Shown: positions 9,493-23,084 of the stretch, one piece after another | How the letters are laid out: every line of letters starts with the position of its first letter | Position numbering within the stretch: the first letter of the stretch is position 1 | Assembly: GCA_902620285.1 (NCBI GenBank) | Contig: CACNHT010000005.1 | Location: 2,663 to 66,662, forward strand | From: an uncultured Alphaproteobacteria bacterium | Lineage (GTDB): Bacteria; Pseudomonadota; Alphaproteobacteria; HIMB59; GCA-002718135 | Direction: 5' to 3' | Length of the DNA: 64,000 nt | The notes under the pieces: generated by a model | The model's input: the letters and a program-made list of their open reading frames with translations, nothing else | Database searches by the model: none | What the model was told of the DNA's origin: nothing | Translations under genes and position numbers: made by a program

Positions 9493-12400
9493 AGAACTAA
9501 CAAATATATTTAATCAGAACTTAGGTGTACAAAATTTTAACAGTCTCAAAATATCAATTGCAAGCCCTGATGATATAAGATCATGGTCTTTTGGTGAAAT
9601 CAAAAAACCTGAGACAATAAATTATAGAACATTTAAACCAGAAAAAGATGGCTTGTTCTGCTCCAGAATTTTTGGGCCTGTAAAAGACTACGAGTGCCTA
9701 TGTGGAAAATATAAAAGAATGAAATTTAGAGGAATCATTTGTGAAAAATGTGGTGTTGAAGTTACGCTTTCTAAAGTTAGAAGAGATAGAATGGGTCATA
9801 TAGAATTAGCTGCTCCCGTTTCTCATATTTGGTTTATGAAATCTCTACCTAGTAGAATTGCTACATTACTAGATATGACTATCAAAAACTTAGAGAAAGT
9901 TCTTTATTTTGAGCAGTTTATAGTAGTAGAGCCAGGTCTAACAGATTTAAAAAAAGGTGAGATAATATCTGAAGAGCAGTATATTGAGTATCAAGACGAA
10001 TACGGAGAAGATTCTTTTAGTGCAGCAATTGGAGCTGAAGCAATTGAACAAATGCTACTTAGTATTGATTTAGAAGCCGATTATAATCAATTAAAAATTG
10101 ATCTGACAGAGACTAAATCTGAGTTAAAAAAAACAAAAATAACCAAAAGGTTAAAGCTTATTGAATCGTTTATAATCTCAAAAAATAAACCAGAATGGAT
10201 GATTATGAGAGTCTTACCTGTAATACCTCCGGAATTAAGACCTTTAGTCCCCCTTGATGGAGGCAGATTTGCTACTAGTGATTTAAATGATCTTTATAGA
10301 AGAGTTATAAATCGTAACAATAGATTAAAGAGATTAATAGATCTTAGAGCTCCTGACATCATTATAAGGAATGAAAAAAGAATGCTTCAAGAATCTGTAG
10401 ATGCTTTATTTGATAATGGAAGAAGAGGAAGGGTAATTACCTCTACAAATAAAAGACCTCTTAAATCATTATCGGATATGCTTAAAGGAAAACAGGGTAG
10501 ATTTAGACAAAATCTATTAGGTAAAAGAGTAGATTATTCAGGCAGATCTGTAATAGTAGTTGGACCTAATCTTAAACTACACCAATGTGGTCTTCCAAAA
10601 AAAATGGCTCTTGAACTTTTCAAGCCCTTCATTTTTCACAAATTAGACATATACGGATGGGCTAACACAATTAAAGCAGCTAAAAAACTGGTTGAAAAAG
10701 AAGATCCTAGAGTCTGGGATATTTTAGAGGAAGTTATTAGAGAGCATCCAGTTCTTCTTAATAGAGCACCAACTTTGCATAGATTAGGTATTCAAGCCTT
10801 TGAACCAACTTTAATTGAAGGTAAATCAATTCAACTTCATCCTTTGGTTTGTACTGCATTTAACGCTGATTTTGACGGGGATCAAATGGCAGTTCACGTT
10901 CCCTTGAGTTTAGAAGCTCAACTTGAGGCAAGAGTACTAATGATGAGTACGAACAATATTTTATCACCTTCAAGTGGGAAACCTATTATTGTGCCATCCC
11001 AGGACATAGTTCTAGGAATTTATTATTTATCAATATTACGAGAAAATCAACCAGGTCAGGGCAGATTTTTTGTTGATTTAAATGAAATAGAAAAAGCTCT
11101 AGAAAATGGAGATATCAGTCTTCATTCAAAGATAAATACAAGAATCAGAAATATTAATGGTCAAACTCAAAGAGTTGAAACAACTCCAGGTAGAATGATA
11201 TTAGGTAACATTCTTCCAAAAAATAAAAATATAAATTATGAAATGATTAATAAAATTCTTACAAAAAAAGAAGTAAGTAATATCATTGACGCTGTTTATC
11301 GATTTTGTGGTCAAAAGGAGACAGTTCTTTTTGCAGATCATATTATGCAAGTTGGTTTTAAATATGCTGCAGTAGCAGGTATTTCGTTTGGTAAAGACGA
11401 CCTCATAATTCCATCTGATAAAGACTCTCTTTTAAAAAATACTCAACTAAAAGTACAAGAATATGAAAATCAATATCAAGATGGATTAATAACTCAAGGT
11501 GAGAAATACAATAAAGTTGTAGATGCTTGGTCGGAATGTACAAATAAAGTTGCAGACAAAATGCTAGATGTAATTTCTAATCCGGAAGACAATCAACCAA
11601 TTAATTCTGTATATATGATGGCTCACTCAGGTGCTCGTGGGTCTGCTGCTCAGCTTAAACAATTATCTGGAATGAGGGGATTAATGGCCAAACCATCTGG
11701 AGAAATAATTGAAAACCCTATTAAATCTAATTTTAAAGAAGGATTATCAGTTCTTGAATACTTCACTTCTACACATGGTGCTAGAAAAGGTCTAGCAGAT
11801 ACCGCTCTTAAAACTGCAAGTAGTGGATACTTGACAAGGAGATTAGTTGATGTTGCTCAAGATGCAGTTATCAGAGAGGATGATTGCAATACTTCTAATG
11901 GAGTTATAGTTGAAGAAATTATTGAATCTGGAAATATAACCTCACCTATTACAGAAAGAATATTAGGAAGAACACCTGTTGAAGATATTCTTGACGCAAA
12001 TAATGAAACGCTTGTTAAAGCAGGTGAAATAATTTCTGAAAGACATTTAGACCCAATATCAAAATTAGGAATAAGGTCTCTTAAAATTAGATCTGTGCTG
12101 ACTTGCGATACGGAAGATGGAATATGTGCGAAATGTTATGGTAGAGATCTTGCAAGAGGTACTCAGGTAAATATTGGAGAAGCTGTTGGTATAATAGCAG
12201 CACAATCTATAGGCGAACCAGGTACCCAACTTACTATGAGAACTTTTCATATTGGAGGAGCAGCAAGTTCGTCAGTGGAACAATCTAACGCAAGCTCACC
12301 TGTTTCAGGAAAAATAAAATTGGAGAATATTAAAATTATTGAAGATAAATTTAGAAATATGATTGTATTAAGTAGAAATGGAAAAATCAAAATATTAGAT

Positions 12401-13603
12401 GGAACTGATGAAAAGTATTCTTCAAATATACCTTTTGGTTCAAAACTTCTTGTTAATGATGGAGACAAAGTAGAATACAATCAAACTCTTGCAGAATGGG
12501 ATCCTTACACACTTCCAATTATTGCTGAAAAAAATGGTTTTGTAAAATATATTGACTTAAAACAAGGAATTTCTTTTAGGGAATCTATAGATGACACTAC
12601 AGGAATTTCTAGCAAAATAGTAATAGATTGGAGTCAGAATCAAAAAAGTAAAAACTTTAAACCAGCTATTAATGTTATAGATAATTTAGAACTTAACAAT
12701 GATGAAGATATTGACTTTTTAAATTATCCGATGTCAATTGATTCAATTTTAAGTGTCGAAGATGGCCAAGAAGTATCTGCAGGTCAAGTAATTGCAAGAA
12801 TTCCAAAAGAATCTTCAAAAACAAAGGATATTACTGGAGGCTTACCTAGAGTTGCTGAACTTTTTGAAGCTAGAAAACCAAAAGATCCTGCTATTATGTG
12901 TGAAATTGATGGTAAAATTTCCTTTGGTAAAGACTACAAGAATAAAAGAAGAGTAATAATAACGTCTTTAGATGAAAATGAAAGTTTCGAATTATTAATT
13001 CCAAGATCGAAGTATTTAAATGTCCAAGAAGGAGATTTTGTTAAAAAAGGAGATATTCTAGTTGAAGGCACTCCTGTTCCCCATGATATTCTTAGAATTT
13101 TGGGAATTGAAGAATTAGCAAGATATCTGGTAAGAGAAGTTCAATCTGTATACAAACTTCAAGGTGTTTATATAAACGATAAACATATTGAGACAATTGC
13201 AAGACAAATGCTTCAGAAAGTTTTAATTAAAGATCCTGGAGACTCAAATCTAATTGCCGGAGAACAAATACAAAGAAAAGATGTTCTTAAATTAAATAAA
13301 ATATTAATAGAGCAAAACAAAAAAGAGGTTATATTTGATCCAGTTTTACTAGGCATAACTAAGGCTAGTTTACAAACAGGTTCATTTATTTCTGCAGCTT
13401 CATTCCAAGAAACTACTAAAGTTTTAACAGATGCAGCTACATTGGGTAAAGTAGATACATTAAATGGTTTAAAAGAGAATGTAATTGTAGGAAGGCTAAT
13501 CCCTGCTGGTACAGGTAAAATGACTACAGACTACGAAAATCTAGCTTTTGAAAGAGATAGAGAAATAATTGAAAAAAATCAGCAAGAAAATATAGAAAAT
13601 TAG
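9485..13603 (+). CDS. rpoC: RNA polymerase beta' subunit
   Basis: [12 protein letters not shown] catalytic motif and Zn-finger cysteines; ATG 9485 overlaps the rpoB stop. Confidence 0.99.
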   Translation: MNKELTNIFNQNLGVQNFNSLKISIASPDDIRSWSFGEIKKPETINYRTFKPEKDGLFCSRIFGPVKDYECLCGKYKRMKFRGIICEKCGVEVTLSKVRRDRMGHIELAAPVSHIWFMKSLPSRIATLLDMTIKNLEKVLYFEQFIVVEPGLTDLKKGEIISEEQYIEYQDEYGEDSFSAAIGAEAIEQMLLSIDLEADYNQLKIDLTETKSELKKTKITKRLKLIESFIISKNKPEWMIMRVLPVIPPELRPLVPLDGGRFATSDLNDLYRRVINRNNRLKRLIDLRAPDIIIRNEKRMLQESVDALFDNGRRGRVITSTNKRPLKSLSDMLKGKQGRFRQNLLGKRVDYSGRSVIVVGPNLKLHQCGLPKKMALELFKPFIFHKLDIYGWANTIKAAKKLVEKEDPRVWDILEEVIREHPVLLNRAPTLHRLGIQAFEPTLIEGKSIQLHPLVCTAFNADFDGDQMAVHVPLSLEAQLEARVLMMSTNNILSPSSGKPIIVPSQDIVLGIYYLSILRENQPGQGRFFVDLNEIEKALENGDISLHSKINTRIRNINGQTQRVETTPGRMILGNILPKNKNINYEMINKILTKKEVSNIIDAVYRFCGQKETVLFADHIMQVGFKYAAVAGISFGKDDLIIPSDKDSLLKNTQLKVQEYENQYQDGLITQGEKYNKVVDAWSECTNKVADKMLDVISNPEDNQPINSVYMMAHSGARGSAAQLKQLSGMRGLMAKPSGEIIENPIKSNFKEGLSVLEYFTSTHGARKGLADTALKTASSGYLTRRLVDVAQDAVIREDDCNTSNGVIVEEIIESGNITSPITERILGRTPVEDILDANNETLVKAGEIISERHLDPISKLGIRSLKIRSVLTCDTEDGICAKCYGRDLARGTQVNIGEAVGIIAAQSIGEPGTQLTMRTFHIGGAASSSVEQSNASSPVSGKIKLENIKIIEDKFRNMIVLSRNGKIKILDGTDEKYSSNIPFGSKLLVNDGDKVEYNQTLAEWDPYTLPIIAEKNGFVKYIDLKQGISFRESIDDTTGISSKIVIDWSQNQKSKNFKPAINVIDNLELNNDEDIDFLNYPMSIDSILSVEDGQEVSAGQVIARIPKESSKTKDITGGLPRVAELFEARKPKDPAIMCEIDGKISFGKDYKNKRRVIITSLDENESFELLIPRSKYLNVQEGDFVKKGDILVEGTPVPHDILRILGIEELARYLVREVQSVYKLQGVYINDKHIETIARQMLQKVLIKDPGDSNLIAGEQIQRKDVLKLNKILIEQNKKEVIFDPVLLGITKASLQTGSFISAASFQETTKVLTDAATLGKVDTLNGLKENVIVGRLIPAGTGKMTTDYENLAFERDREIIEKNQQENIEN

Positions 13604-13623
13604 TAATATTTTGGCATATTTTC

Positions 13624-13652
13624 TTGACTTTATCTTAATCAATTAATAAAGA
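13624..13652 (+). promoter_or_regulatory. Putative sigma70 promoter of the str/S10 cluster
   Basis: TTGACT-17 nt-TAAAGA in the rpoC-rpsL spacer. Confidence 0.45.
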
Positions 13653-13710
13653 CCCCTACGATTTGTTAGAGGTCGTGGATTAATTTCCAAACACTTAACT
13701 TGAGGACTTT

Positions 13711-14082
13711 ATGCCAACTATAAACCAACTTGTTAGAAAAGGTAGAACTGCTGTAAAGAAAAGGAACAAAGTTCCTGCTCTTGAGAAAAGTCCTCAAAAA
13801 AGAGGTGTGTGCACAAGAGTTTATACAACTACTCCAAAAAAACCAAATTCAGCTTTAAGAAAAGTTGCTCGAGTGAAGTTGACAAATGGTCAAGAAGTAT
13901 CAGCTTATATTCCAGGAGAAGGTCACAATCTTCAAGAACATTCAGTGGTTTTATTGAGAGGTGGTAGAGTAAAAGATTTACCAGGTGTTAGATATCATAT
14001 TTTAAGAGGCACTTTAGATACTCAAGGTGTTTCATCAAGGAAACAAAGAAGATCTCTTTATGGTGCTAAACGTCCAAAATAA
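13711..14082 (+). CDS. rpsL: 30S ribosomal protein S12
   Basis: [23 protein letters not shown]. Confidence 0.99.
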   Translation: MPTINQLVRKGRTAVKKRNKVPALEKSPQKRGVCTRVYTTTPKKPNSALRKVARVKLTNGQEVSAYIPGEGHNLQEHSVVLLRGGRVKDLPGVRYHILRGTLDTQGVSSRKQRRSLYGAKRPK

Positions 14083-14084
14083 GT

Positions 14085-14555
14085 ATGTCTAGAAGAAGAG
14101 CAGCAGAAAAAAGAACTATATTACCAGACCATAAATATAAAGATATGGTTTTGGCGAAATTTATGAACAGAATTATGTTAGATGGCAAGAAGTCAACTTC
14201 AGAACGTATTGTTTATGGAGCATTTGATATTGTTTCAAAAAAAACAGATAAAACTCCAATTGAATTTTTTCACGAAGCATTAAATAACGTTAAGCCAGCA
14301 TTAGAAGTTAGATCAAGAAGAGTGGGTGGAGCTACATATCAAGTTCCAATGGAAGTAAGACCTAAAAGAGCTCAGACACTAGCAATGAAATGGATAGTTG
14401 ACTCTGCAACAAAAAGAAATGAAAAGACTATGAGAGAAAGAGTCGCAAATGAAATTATAGATGCATTTAATAATAAAGGTAATGCAGTAAAAAAAAGAGA
14501 AGAAACTCATAAAATGGCTGACGCAAATAGAGCTTTCTCACATTTCAGGTGGTAA
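14085..14555 (+). CDS. rpsG: 30S ribosomal protein S7
   Basis: [25 protein letters not shown]. Confidence 0.99.
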   Translation: MSRRRAAEKRTILPDHKYKDMVLAKFMNRIMLDGKKSTSERIVYGAFDIVSKKTDKTPIEFFHEALNNVKPALEVRSRRVGGATYQVPMEVRPKRAQTLAMKWIVDSATKRNEKTMRERVANEIIDAFNNKGNAVKKREETHKMADANRAFSHFRW

Positions 14556-14562
14556 AATTAAA

Positions 14563-16641
14563 ATGACAAGATCACACGCATTATCAAAGTATCGAAATAT
14601 TGGTATCATGGCTCATATCGATGCAGGTAAGACCACAACTACAGAAAGAATATTATATTATACTGGTAAATCTCATAAAATTGGAGAAGTTCATGATGGT
14701 GCTGCGACAATGGACTGGATGGAGCAAGAACAAGAAAGAGGTATTACTATAACCTCAGCTGCAACAACTTGTTTTTGGAATGACCATAGGATAAATATTA
14801 TTGATACACCTGGTCATGTCGATTTTACAATTGAGGTTGAGAGATCATTAAAAGTTCTAGATGGTGCAGTGGCAGTTTTCGATGGTGTTGCAGGAGTAGA
14901 ACCTCAATCTGAAACAGTTTGGAGACAAGCAGATAAATACAACGTTCCACGAATGTGTTTTGTAAATAAACTAGACAGAACAGGTGCTAACTTTTTCATG
15001 TGTGTAGATATGATTTCAGAACGTTTAGGGTCATACCCTTTGGTAACTCAACTACCGATTGGTATTGAAAGTGATCTAAAAGGTGTTGTGGATTTGGTTT
15101 CCAATAATGCAATCATATGGCAAAATGAAAGCTTAGGTGCTAAATATGATATAGTCGATATCCCTGAAGATTTGAAAGAACAATCAGCTGAATACAGATT
15201 AAAATTAATAGAAAAAGTAGTTGAGGAGGATGACTCTATAATGGAAAACTACCTTGAAGGTAATGAGCCAACAATAGATCAGTTAAAATCATGCATAAGA
15301 AAAGGTACAATAAAAGGTTCTTTCGTTCCAGTTTTAACTGGTTCTGCATTTAAAAACAAAGGTGTTCAACCACTTTTAGACGCAGTCATAGATTATATGC
15401 CTTCTCCAACCGATGTAGAAAGTGTCAAAGGAGTTGATATAAACGATGACTCAAAAGAATTATCTAGAAAGTGTGAAGATGATGAGCCATTTAGTGCTTT
15501 AGCTTTTAAAATTATGACGGATCCATTTGTAGGAAGTTTAACTTTTGCTAGAATTTATTCTGGTTCAATCAACACCAAAGACTCTGTACTTAATTCAAAT
15601 TCTGGCAAAAAAGAAAATATTGGAAGAATGTTATTAATGCATGCAAACAACAGAGAGGAAATAAAAACTGCAAATGCTGGTGATATAGTTGCGTTGGTAG
15701 GTCTAAAAGATGTAACAACTGGAGAAACTTTATGTGCATCAGATAAGCCAATTGTTCTAGAAAAAATGGATTTTCCTGATCCAGTAATAGAAGTTGCAGT
15801 AGAACCTAAAACTAAAGTCGATCATGAAAAAATGGGACAAGCACTTGGAAGACTTGCTCAAGAAGATCCAAGTTTCAGAGTGACAACTGATCATGAGAGT
15901 GGTCAAACAATAATTAAAGGTATGGGTGAGTTACATTTAGAAATTCTTGTTGATAGAATGAAAAGAGAGTTTAAAGTAGAAGCCAATGTAGGAGCTCCAC
16001 AGGTTGCTTATAGAGAGACAATCTCAAACTCATATGATGTTGATTATACTCATAAAAAACAATCTGGAGGCGCAGGTCAGTTTGCAAGAGTAAAAATTAA
16101 ATTTGAACCTGGAGCACCAGGTAGTGGTTACAAATTTATAAATCAAATTAAAGGTGGTAATATTCCTACTGAACATATTCCAGGTGTAGAAAAGGGTCTA
16201 ATAGCACAACAGCAAACTGGAGTTATTGCTGGCTTTCCATGTATAGATTTTATTGCAACCCTATATGATGGAGCATACCATGATGTTGATTCTAGTGTTT
16301 TAGCTTTTGAAATAGCTTCTAGAGCAGCATTTAGAGAAGGTATATCAAAAGCAAGTCCGGTATTACTTGAACCTATGATGAAAGTTGAAGTGGTTACTCC
16401 TGAAGAATATATGGGTGATGTTATAGGTGATCTTAATAGTAGAAGAGGTCAAGTTCAGGAAATGTCTACAAGAGGTAATGCTAATGTTGTTGATGCTATG
16501 GTACCTCTTGCAAATATGTTTGGTTATGTAAACAATTTAAGATCTCTATCTCAAGGAAGAGCAAATTATACGATGCAATTTGATCACTATGAAGAAGTTC
16601 CTTCAAATGTTGCAGAAGAAGTAAAGGCTAAACTTGCGTAA
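14563..16641 (+). CDS. fusA: Elongation factor G
   Basis: [32 protein letters not shown]. Confidence 0.99.
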   Translation: MTRSHALSKYRNIGIMAHIDAGKTTTTERILYYTGKSHKIGEVHDGAATMDWMEQEQERGITITSAATTCFWNDHRINIIDTPGHVDFTIEVERSLKVLDGAVAVFDGVAGVEPQSETVWRQADKYNVPRMCFVNKLDRTGANFFMCVDMISERLGSYPLVTQLPIGIESDLKGVVDLVSNNAIIWQNESLGAKYDIVDIPEDLKEQSAEYRLKLIEKVVEEDDSIMENYLEGNEPTIDQLKSCIRKGTIKGSFVPVLTGSAFKNKGVQPLLDAVIDYMPSPTDVESVKGVDINDDSKELSRKCEDDEPFSALAFKIMTDPFVGSLTFARIYSGSINTKDSVLNSNSGKKENIGRMLLMHANNREEIKTANAGDIVALVGLKDVTTGETLCASDKPIVLEKMDFPDPVIEVAVEPKTKVDHEKMGQALGRLAQEDPSFRVTTDHESGQTIIKGMGELHLEILVDRMKREFKVEANVGAPQVAYRETISNSYDVDYTHKKQSGGAGQFARVKIKFEPGAPGSGYKFINQIKGGNIPTEHIPGVEKGLIAQQQTGVIAGFPCIDFIATLYDGAYHDVDSSVLAFEIASRAAFREGISKASPVLLEPMMKVEVVTPEEYMGDVIGDLNSRRGQVQEMSTRGNANVVDAMVPLANMFGYVNNLRSLSQGRANYTMQFDHYEEVPSNVAEEVKAKLA

Positions 16642-16949
16642 TGGATAATCAAAACATTAGAATTAGACTTAGGGGGTATGACAACTCTTTATTAGATTCT
16701 AGCACACAAGATATAATTAATACCGCAAAAAGAACAGGCGCAAAGGTAAAAGGCCCTATACCTCTTCCTACTCGCTTTGAAAGATTTACAGTAAATAAAT
16801 CACCTCATATTGATAAAAAAAGTAGGGATCAACTAGAGATAAGAACACATAATCGTCTTTTGGATATTATCGACCCAACACCGCAAACTGTAGATGCTCT
16901 TATGAAGCTGGACTTATCTGCAGGTGTTGAAGTGGATATAAAAATATAA
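16641..16949 (+). CDS. rpsJ: 30S ribosomal protein S10
   Basis: [18 protein letters not shown]; TAATG overlap with fusA. Confidence 0.98.
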   Translation: MDNQNIRIRLRGYDNSLLDSSTQDIINTAKRTGAKVKGPIPLPTRFERFTVNKSPHIDKKSRDQLEIRTHNRLLDIIDPTPQTVDALMKLDLSAGVEVDIKI

Positions 16950-16950
16950 C

Positions 16951-17595
16951 ATGTTAAGATCAGGTTTAATAGCAACTAAGATTGGAAATAGTTCTTATTA
17001 TAATCAAGATGGTATAAGTATTCACGTTACAATAGTTAAAGTAGATGAATGTACAGTTTCTAATATAAAAACTATAGAAAAGCATGGTTACAATGCTATC
17101 CAACTTGCAGCTATCGAAACTAAAAAAGATATTTCAAAAATTAATAAACCTCAAAGAAAAGTATTCAGTTCAATTAATATTAAACCTAAGAAAATTTTAA
17201 AAGAATTTAGAGTTGATAACGATAATATTTTAGAAATAGGTACAAAACTTAATGCTGATCATTTTAAAATTAATCAATTTATTGATGTAAGTAGTAATTC
17301 AATAGGTAAGGGATTTGCGGGAGTTATGAAAAGACATAATTTTGGAGGCCTAAGAGCATCACATGGGGTTTCTATATCCCATAGATCTCATGGTTCTACT
17401 GGTCAAAACCAAGATCCAGGAAGAGTATTTAAAGGTAAAAAAATGGCAGGAAGAATGGGAAATAAGAAAGTAACCAAACAAAATCTAAAAATAATCGATA
17501 TTGATAAGGATAATAATCTTTTAATTATAAAAGGTTCAGTTCCAGGAAAAAAAAATTCAGTTATTTATTTAAAAGATGCTGTGAAAAGGAACTAA
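16951..17595 (+). CDS. rplC: 50S ribosomal protein L3
   Basis: [29 protein letters not shown]. Confidence 0.98.
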   Translation: MLRSGLIATKIGNSSYYNQDGISIHVTIVKVDECTVSNIKTIEKHGYNAIQLAAIETKKDISKINKPQRKVFSSINIKPKKILKEFRVDNDNILEIGTKLNADHFKINQFIDVSSNSIGKGFAGVMKRHNFGGLRASHGVSISHRSHGSTGQNQDPGRVFKGKKMAGRMGNKKVTKQNLKIIDIDKDNNLLIIKGSVPGKKNSVIYLKDAVKRN

Positions 17596-18219
17596 ATGAA
17601 AAAATCAGTTTTAAATTTTAAAAATAATAGTGTCGGGGATATAGAACTTGATAATACTATATTTGGTATAAAAAAACTTCCTGATTTAATACATCAGTAT
17701 ATTAGATATCAAAATGCGAAATCAAGACAAGGATCACACAAAACTAAATCTAGATCTGAAGTTAGTGGCCGAAGTAAAAAACCTTTTTCTCAAAAAGGTA
17801 CTGGAAATGCAAGGCAAGGTAGTAATAAACCACCGAATTTTAGAGGTGGAGCTGTATCAATGGGTCCAGTAAATAGAGATTATTCATTCAATCTTAATAA
17901 AAAAGAAAAACAGCTAGCTATTAAATCAGCCTTATCAATTAAAAATAGTGAGAATAAGATTATTATTATTGATACATTTGAATTAAAAAGTTTTAAAACA
18001 AGAGAATTAAAATCAGATTTAGATCAATTTGAATATAAATCTGCACTTTTTATTTATTCAGAAAATGGCCTAGACAAAAACTTTAAGTTAGCATCCTCAA
18101 ATATACCAAAGGTTTCAACGTTGAATCAAAGAGGTATAAATGTAAAAGACCTCATTGCTTTTGATAAAATTTTTATTGAACAAAAATCAATAAAGGAAAT
18201 TACTAAGAGGCTTTCATGA
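17596..18219 (+). CDS. rplD: 50S ribosomal protein L4
   Basis: QKGTGNARQGS, FRGG. Confidence 0.97.
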   Translation: MKKSVLNFKNNSVGDIELDNTIFGIKKLPDLIHQYIRYQNAKSRQGSHKTKSRSEVSGRSKKPFSQKGTGNARQGSNKPPNFRGGAVSMGPVNRDYSFNLNKKEKQLAIKSALSIKNSENKIIIIDTFELKSFKTRELKSDLDQFEYKSALFIYSENGLDKNFKLASSNIPKVSTLNQRGINVKDLIAFDKIFIEQKSIKEITKRLS

Positions 18220-18533
18220 AAAATAAAAAATTCAATATATCTCTTGAAAGAGCATATGAAATTATAAAAAAGCCATTAACAACTGAAAAATCAACAAATC
18301 TTCAACAATTTAATCAGTACTCCTTCGTTGTATCAAAACATAGCAATTCATTTGAAATCAAAAATGCAATTGAAGCAATCTTTAAAGTTAAAGTGAATAA
18401 GGTCAATACATCTATATTAAGAGGTAAGGGTAAAACTTTTAAGGGACAATACGGTTTTAGAAAAGATATAAAAAGAGCTATCGTAACATTAGATGAAGGC
18501 AACACAATTGATTCATCTTTGGAGATCAAATAA
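18216..18533 (+). CDS. rplW: 50S ribosomal protein L23
   Basis: [19 protein letters not shown]; position in S10 operon. Confidence 0.96.
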   Translation: MKNKKFNISLERAYEIIKKPLTTEKSTNLQQFNQYSFVVSKHSNSFEIKNAIEAIFKVKVNKVNTSILRGKGKTFKGQYGFRKDIKRAIVTLDEGNTIDSSLEIK

Positions 18534-19354
18534 TGCTTATTAAGTTTAAACCAATTACTCCAAGCTTGAGAGGTACAGTCTTAGTTTCAAAAAAAGAATT
18601 ATCTAAAGCAAAACCTCACAAATTGTTAACAAAAAAAATTACTTCTACTGGAGGTAGAAATAATCAAGGCAGAATAACATCAAGAAGAATGGGTGGCGGT
18701 GTTAAAAGAAAATATAGAGTAATAGATTTTAAAAGGTCAAAAATTGATGTATCTGCTGAAATTATTAGAAACGAATATGATCCAAATAGATCAGCATTTA
18801 TTTCGCTTATTAAATATGATGATGGAGAGCATAGTTATATCATATCACCTAAAAATATAAAAGTTGGTGAAAAAGTTATTTCTGGTGAAAATGTTGCAAT
18901 CAAAAATGGAAATTGTTTACCTCTAATTAATATTCCAGTTGGAACAAATATTCATAATATTGAATTAAAACCTGGAGCAGGAGCACAATTAGTTAGATCT
19001 GCTGGAACTTCAGCACAAATAGTATCAAAAGAACAACCTTACGTTCAAATTAAACTAATATCAGGTGAAATCAGACATATTAATAAAGATTGTAAAGCTA
19101 CTATTGGAGAAGTTTCAAACCCTGATCAAAAAAATATTAAATTAGGAAAAGCTGGTAGAAAAAGATACTTAGGCTTTAGACCTAAAGTAAGAGGTGTTGT
19201 AATGAATCCTGTTGATCATCCTCATGGTGGTGGAGAAGGCAGAACATCTGGTGGTAGGAACCCTGTAACTCCATGGGGAGTATCCACTAAAGGTAAAAAA
19301 ACGAGAAATAATAAAAAAACTAATGTATTTATAATCAAGAGGAAGAAAAAATAA
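18533..19354 (+). CDS. rplB: 50S ribosomal protein L2
   Basis: [22 protein letters not shown]. Confidence 0.99.
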   Translation: MLIKFKPITPSLRGTVLVSKKELSKAKPHKLLTKKITSTGGRNNQGRITSRRMGGGVKRKYRVIDFKRSKIDVSAEIIRNEYDPNRSAFISLIKYDDGEHSYIISPKNIKVGEKVISGENVAIKNGNCLPLINIPVGTNIHNIELKPGAGAQLVRSAGTSAQIVSKEQPYVQIKLISGEIRHINKDCKATIGEVSNPDQKNIKLGKAGRKRYLGFRPKVRGVVMNPVDHPHGGGEGRTSGGRNPVTPWGVSTKGKKTRNNKKTNVFIIKRKKK

Positions 19355-19635
19355 TGTCTAGATCAATATGGAAAGGCCCTTTTGTAGATATAACACTTAT
19401 GAAAAAAGCAGAAAAATTATCACAATCAGGCAGAAAAGAAGTCTTAAAAACTTGGTCACGAAGATCAACAATACTTCCACAATTTGTTGGTTTGACATTT
19501 GGTGTCTATAATGGTCAAAAATTTGTACCAGTCACAATTAATGAACAAATGGTCGGACACAAACTTGGTGAGTTTTCGCCAACACGAACATTTAAAGGGC
19601 ACACAGCTGCCGATAAAAAAGCAGAACAAAAATGA
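19354..19635 (+). CDS. rpsS: 30S ribosomal protein S19
   Basis: [21 protein letters not shown]. Confidence 0.98.
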   Translation: MSRSIWKGPFVDITLMKKAEKLSQSGRKEVLKTWSRRSTILPQFVGLTFGVYNGQKFVPVTINEQMVGHKLGEFSPTRTFKGHTAADKKAEQK

Positions 19636-20000
19636 ATCAAAATTTAATAGCAATAGCGAAAGACAATATGGTTAGAATAAGCCCTACTAAATTATCTATT
19701 ATTGTTAATAGAATTGTAAACATGAAAGTTAGTTCTGCAGTAAACCAATTAAAGTTTTCACCTAAAAGAATTTCAAAAACAATTCTTAAAATATTAAACG
19801 CAGCTGTAGCTAATGCTGAAAACAATAAACAACTAGATATAGATAAACTTTTTGTTAAAGAAGCTTTTGTTGGTAAAAGTCTAAGAATGAAAAGATGGAG
19901 ACCAAGAGCTAAAGGCAGAGCTGCATCAATTATTAAGCCATTTAGCAAAGTGACTATTGTAGTCGAAGAAAGATCTGAAACAATAAAGGAAAAAAAATAA
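19632..20000 (+). CDS. rplV: 50S ribosomal protein L22
   Basis: [16 protein letters not shown]. Confidence 0.97.
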   Translation: MNQNLIAIAKDNMVRISPTKLSIIVNRIVNMKVSSAVNQLKFSPKRISKTILKILNAAVANAENNKQLDIDKLFVKEAFVGKSLRMKRWRPRAKGRAASIIKPFSKVTIVVEERSETIKEKK

Positions 20001-20677
20001 TGGGACAAAAAGTTAATCCATACGGAATCAGACTTGGAATAAACAAAACATGGTCATCAAGATGGTTTTCAAAAAATGAGTACACGAAATTGCTCCATCA
20101 AGATCTAAGAATAAAAGATTACGTTGAAAAGAAATTAAAAAACGCTAGTATTTCTAAAATTAACATTGAAAGGGCTGCAAAAAAACTTAGATTATCAATC
20201 TATAGTTCAAGACCTGGTATAATTATTGGAAAAAAAGGCGCTGATATCGAGACTCTAAAAAATGATCTCTCGAAAATGTCTAATCTTGAAGTATTTTTAG
20301 ATATAAAAGAGGTTAGAAAGCCAGAAGTAGAAGCTAAACTTGTTGCTGAAAATATTGCCTCTCAACTTGAAAAAAGAATTTCTTTTAGAAGAGCAATGAA
20401 AAAAGCTGTTCAGTCTGCAATGCGTTTAGGAGCAAAAGGAGTAAAAGTTGTATGCAGTGGTAGATTAGGAGGTGCAGAGATTGCAAGAACTGAGAAATAT
20501 CATGAAGGTAGTGTTCCATTACATACTTTAAGAGGTGATATTGACTATTCTACTGCTGAAGCTGAAACTACTTATGGCATCTGCGGTATTAAAGTATGGA
20601 TAAATAAAGGAGAAATACTTCATAAGGACCCTTATGCAAGTGAGAAAAAACAAATTGATCAAGGGAGTGTCAGATAA
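20000..20677 (+). CDS. rpsC: 30S ribosomal protein S3
   Basis: [32 protein letters not shown]. Confidence 0.98.
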   Translation: MGQKVNPYGIRLGINKTWSSRWFSKNEYTKLLHQDLRIKDYVEKKLKNASISKINIERAAKKLRLSIYSSRPGIIIGKKGADIETLKNDLSKMSNLEVFLDIKEVRKPEVEAKLVAENIASQLEKRISFRRAMKKAVQSAMRLGAKGVKVVCSGRLGGAEIARTEKYHEGSVPLHTLRGDIDYSTAEAETTYGICGIKVWINKGEILHKDPYASEKKQIDQGSVR

Positions 20678-21093
20678 TGAATATGCTATCGCCAAAAAAA
20701 ACTAAATACAGAAAACAATTTAAAGGCAGAATTCACGGAAACTCCAAAGGTAATTTTGCACTTAATTATGGAAGTTTTGGTCTTAAAGCAATGGAACCAG
20801 AAAGAGTGACATCTAGGCAAATTGAAGCTGCAAGAAAAGCAATCACTAGATATCTAAAAAGAGCTGGTAGAATGTGGATAAGAATATTTCCTGATGTGCC
20901 AGTATCAAAAAAACCTGCAGAGGTAAGAATGGGCAAAGGTAAAGGTTCGATTGAATATTGGGCCTGTAGAGTTAAGCCTGGAAGAATAATGTTCGAAGTT
21001 GATGGCGTTAATATAGATGATGCAAGAAAGGCAATGACACTAGCTGCAGCAAAATTACCAATTAAATGTAAGTTTGTAGAAAGAAACATATAA
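20677..21093 (+). CDS. rplP: 50S ribosomal protein L16
   Basis: [12 protein letters not shown]; the start may be the second Met (20683). Confidence 0.98.
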   Translation: MNMLSPKKTKYRKQFKGRIHGNSKGNFALNYGSFGLKAMEPERVTSRQIEAARKAITRYLKRAGRMWIRIFPDVPVSKKPAEVRMGKGKGSIEYWACRVKPGRIMFEVDGVNIDDARKAMTLAAAKLPIKCKFVERNI

Positions 21094-21287
21094 TGAATAA
21101 AAAAACTATTTTTGATAATAAAAAAGTTAAAGAGGAAATCCTAAATTTAAAAAAAACTCTTTTAAATTTATCTTTCCAAAAACATTCAGGTCAACTTGAA
21201 AAAACTTCTCAAATTAAAAATGCAAAAAAACAAATTGCTAGACTTAAAAGTCAATTATCAAATAAATTAGGAGATAAAAATGCCTAA
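21093..21287 (+). CDS. rpmC: 50S ribosomal protein L29
   Basis: LLNLSFQ..SGQLE..SQIK.AKKQIARLK; position between rplP and rpsQ. Confidence 0.9.
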   Translation: MNKKTIFDNKKVKEEILNLKKTLLNLSFQKHSGQLEKTSQIKNAKKQIARLKSQLSNKLGDKNA

Positions 21288-21528
21288 AAGAATTTTATCT
21301 GGTGTTGTTGCGTCTTCTAATTCTAACAAAACTATTACAGTTGATGTTACAAGAAGAATCAAGCATAAACTTTACAAAAAAATCATTAGACAAACAAAAA
21401 GATATCACGTTCATGATGAAAAAAATGAATTTACAGTTGGAGACTCAGTTTCAATTATTGAATCTAAACCAATTTCAAAATTAAAAAAATGGAAAGTTAT
21501 TTCCAATAATACTGGAGACAATTCATGA
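21280..21528 (+). CDS. rpsQ: 30S ribosomal protein S17
   Basis: [22 protein letters not shown]. Confidence 0.97.
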   Translation: MPKRILSGVVASSNSNKTITVDVTRRIKHKLYKKIIRQTKRYHVHDEKNEFTVGDSVSIIESKPISKLKKWKVISNNTGDNS

Positions 21529-21893
21529 TACAGATGCAATCGAATCTATATGTGGCCGATAACTCTGGAGCTAGAAAAATACAATGTATTAAAGTGTTAG
21601 GCGGTTCAAAGAGAAGATCAGCCTCCATTGGAGATATTATTGTTGTTTCAATCAAGGATGCTTTACCCAGAGCGAAAGTTAAAAAAGGTGATGTTTATAA
21701 AGCTGTAATTGTAAGAACTTCAAAAGATTTTAAAAGAGCTGATGGTTCAGCTATTAGATTTGATAAAAATGCTGCAGTAATTTTAGATAAACAGGAAGAG
21801 CCTATCGCAACTAGAATTTTTGGACCAGTTACAAGGGAATTAAGAAGTAAAAAATTTATGAAAATAATTAGTTTAGCTCCTGAGGTAATTTAA
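21525..21893 (+). CDS. rplN: 50S ribosomal protein L14
   Basis: [22 protein letters not shown]. Confidence 0.99.
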   Translation: MIQMQSNLYVADNSGARKIQCIKVLGGSKRRSASIGDIIVVSIKDALPRAKVKKGDVYKAVIVRTSKDFKRADGSAIRFDKNAAVILDKQEEPIATRIFGPVTRELRSKKFMKIISLAPEVI

Positions 21894-22207
21894 TGAATAT
21901 TAAGATCAAATTAAAAAAAGGTGATGACGTGATTGTTTTAGCTGGAAAAGATAAGGGTAAAACTGGAAAAATAGTTAAAATCTTACCCAAACAGACAAAG
22001 GCAATAGTTTCTGAAATAAATCGTGTTAAAAAAAATCAAAAACCAGATAATAATCAACCAGGCGGCATTATTGATAAAGATATGCCAATACATATCTCTA
22101 ACCTTTCATTTTATGATCCTGAATTAAAAAAAGGAATAAAGATTGGGTATAAAATAAATAATAATAAAAAGATAAGAATAAATAAATCTTCTGGTAAGGA
22201 AATTTAA
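21893..22207 (+). CDS. rplX: 50S ribosomal protein L24
   Basis: KKGDDVIVLAGKDKGKTG, PIHISN. Confidence 0.98.
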   Translation: MNIKIKLKKGDDVIVLAGKDKGKTGKIVKILPKQTKAIVSEINRVKKNQKPDNNQPGGIIDKDMPIHISNLSFYDPELKKGIKIGYKINNNKKIRINKSSGKEI

Positions 22208-22759
22208 ATGAGCAGATTACAAGAGACATATAATAATAAAATTAAAGAAGAGTTGAAATCAAAACTAGGTTTAAAAAATATTTTTGAAGTACCTAAATTG
22301 AGAAAAATAATTCTAAATATGGGTGTTGGTGAAGGTAAAGAAGACTCAAAGTTGATCGATAAAGCTCTTGAAGATTTAACTCTTATATCAGGTCAAAAGG
22401 CCGTAAAGACAAAATCAAAAAAAGCAATTTCGGGTTTTAAAATTAGAGCAGGAATGCCTTTAGGTGTCAAGGTTACACTAAGAAACAAAATAATGTATGA
22501 GTTTCTTGACAGATTGGTGAATATTGCAATCCCTAGAATAAGAGATTTTAGAGGGCTAAATCTAAATAGTTTTGATGGAAATGGTAATTTCTCTATGGGA
22601 ATTAAAGAGCATGTAATATTTCCCGAAATCAATTTTGATAAAGTTGAAAAAATAAGAGGTATGGATATTACTATTTGCACCTCTGCTAAAAATAATAAAC
22701 AAGCTTTAGAGTTGCTTAAAAGTTTTAACATGCCTTTTAAGGATAATAAATTAAATTAA
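22208..22759 (+). CDS. rplE: 50S ribosomal protein L5
   Basis: [22 protein letters not shown]. Confidence 0.98.
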   Translation: MSRLQETYNNKIKEELKSKLGLKNIFEVPKLRKIILNMGVGEGKEDSKLIDKALEDLTLISGQKAVKTKSKKAISGFKIRAGMPLGVKVTLRNKIMYEFLDRLVNIAIPRIRDFRGLNLNSFDGNGNFSMGIKEHVIFPEINFDKVEKIRGMDITICTSAKNNKQALELLKSFNMPFKDNKLN

Positions 22760-22767
22760 GGAGTAAC

Positions 22768-23073
22768 ATGGCAAAATTAAGTTCAGTACAAAAAAATTTA
22801 TTTAGACAGAGATTAATTAAAAAGTACCAAGCAAAAAGAAAAGAACTTAAGTCTAAAATAAAAGATAAGAGTATTTCTCTAGAAGAAAGAATATCTTATC
22901 AAAATAAACTAAATGATCTTCCTCGAAATGGATCATCTATTAGACACAGAAATAGATGTGAAATTACCGGAAGACCAAGAGGTAATTATAGAAAATTTGG
23001 ATTGTCTAGAATTAAACTTAGAGAACTTTCAATGACTGGTGATTTGCCAGGAGTTGTTAAGTCAAGTTGGTAG
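22768..23073 (+). CDS. rpsN: 30S ribosomal protein S14 (long, Zn-independent type)
   Basis: [28 protein letters not shown]. Confidence 0.98.
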   Translation: MAKLSSVQKNLFRQRLIKKYQAKRKELKSKIKDKSISLEERISYQNKLNDLPRNGSSIRHRNRCEITGRPRGNYRKFGLSRIKLRELSMTGDLPGVVKSSW

Positions 23074-23084
23074 GGGGAATAAAT

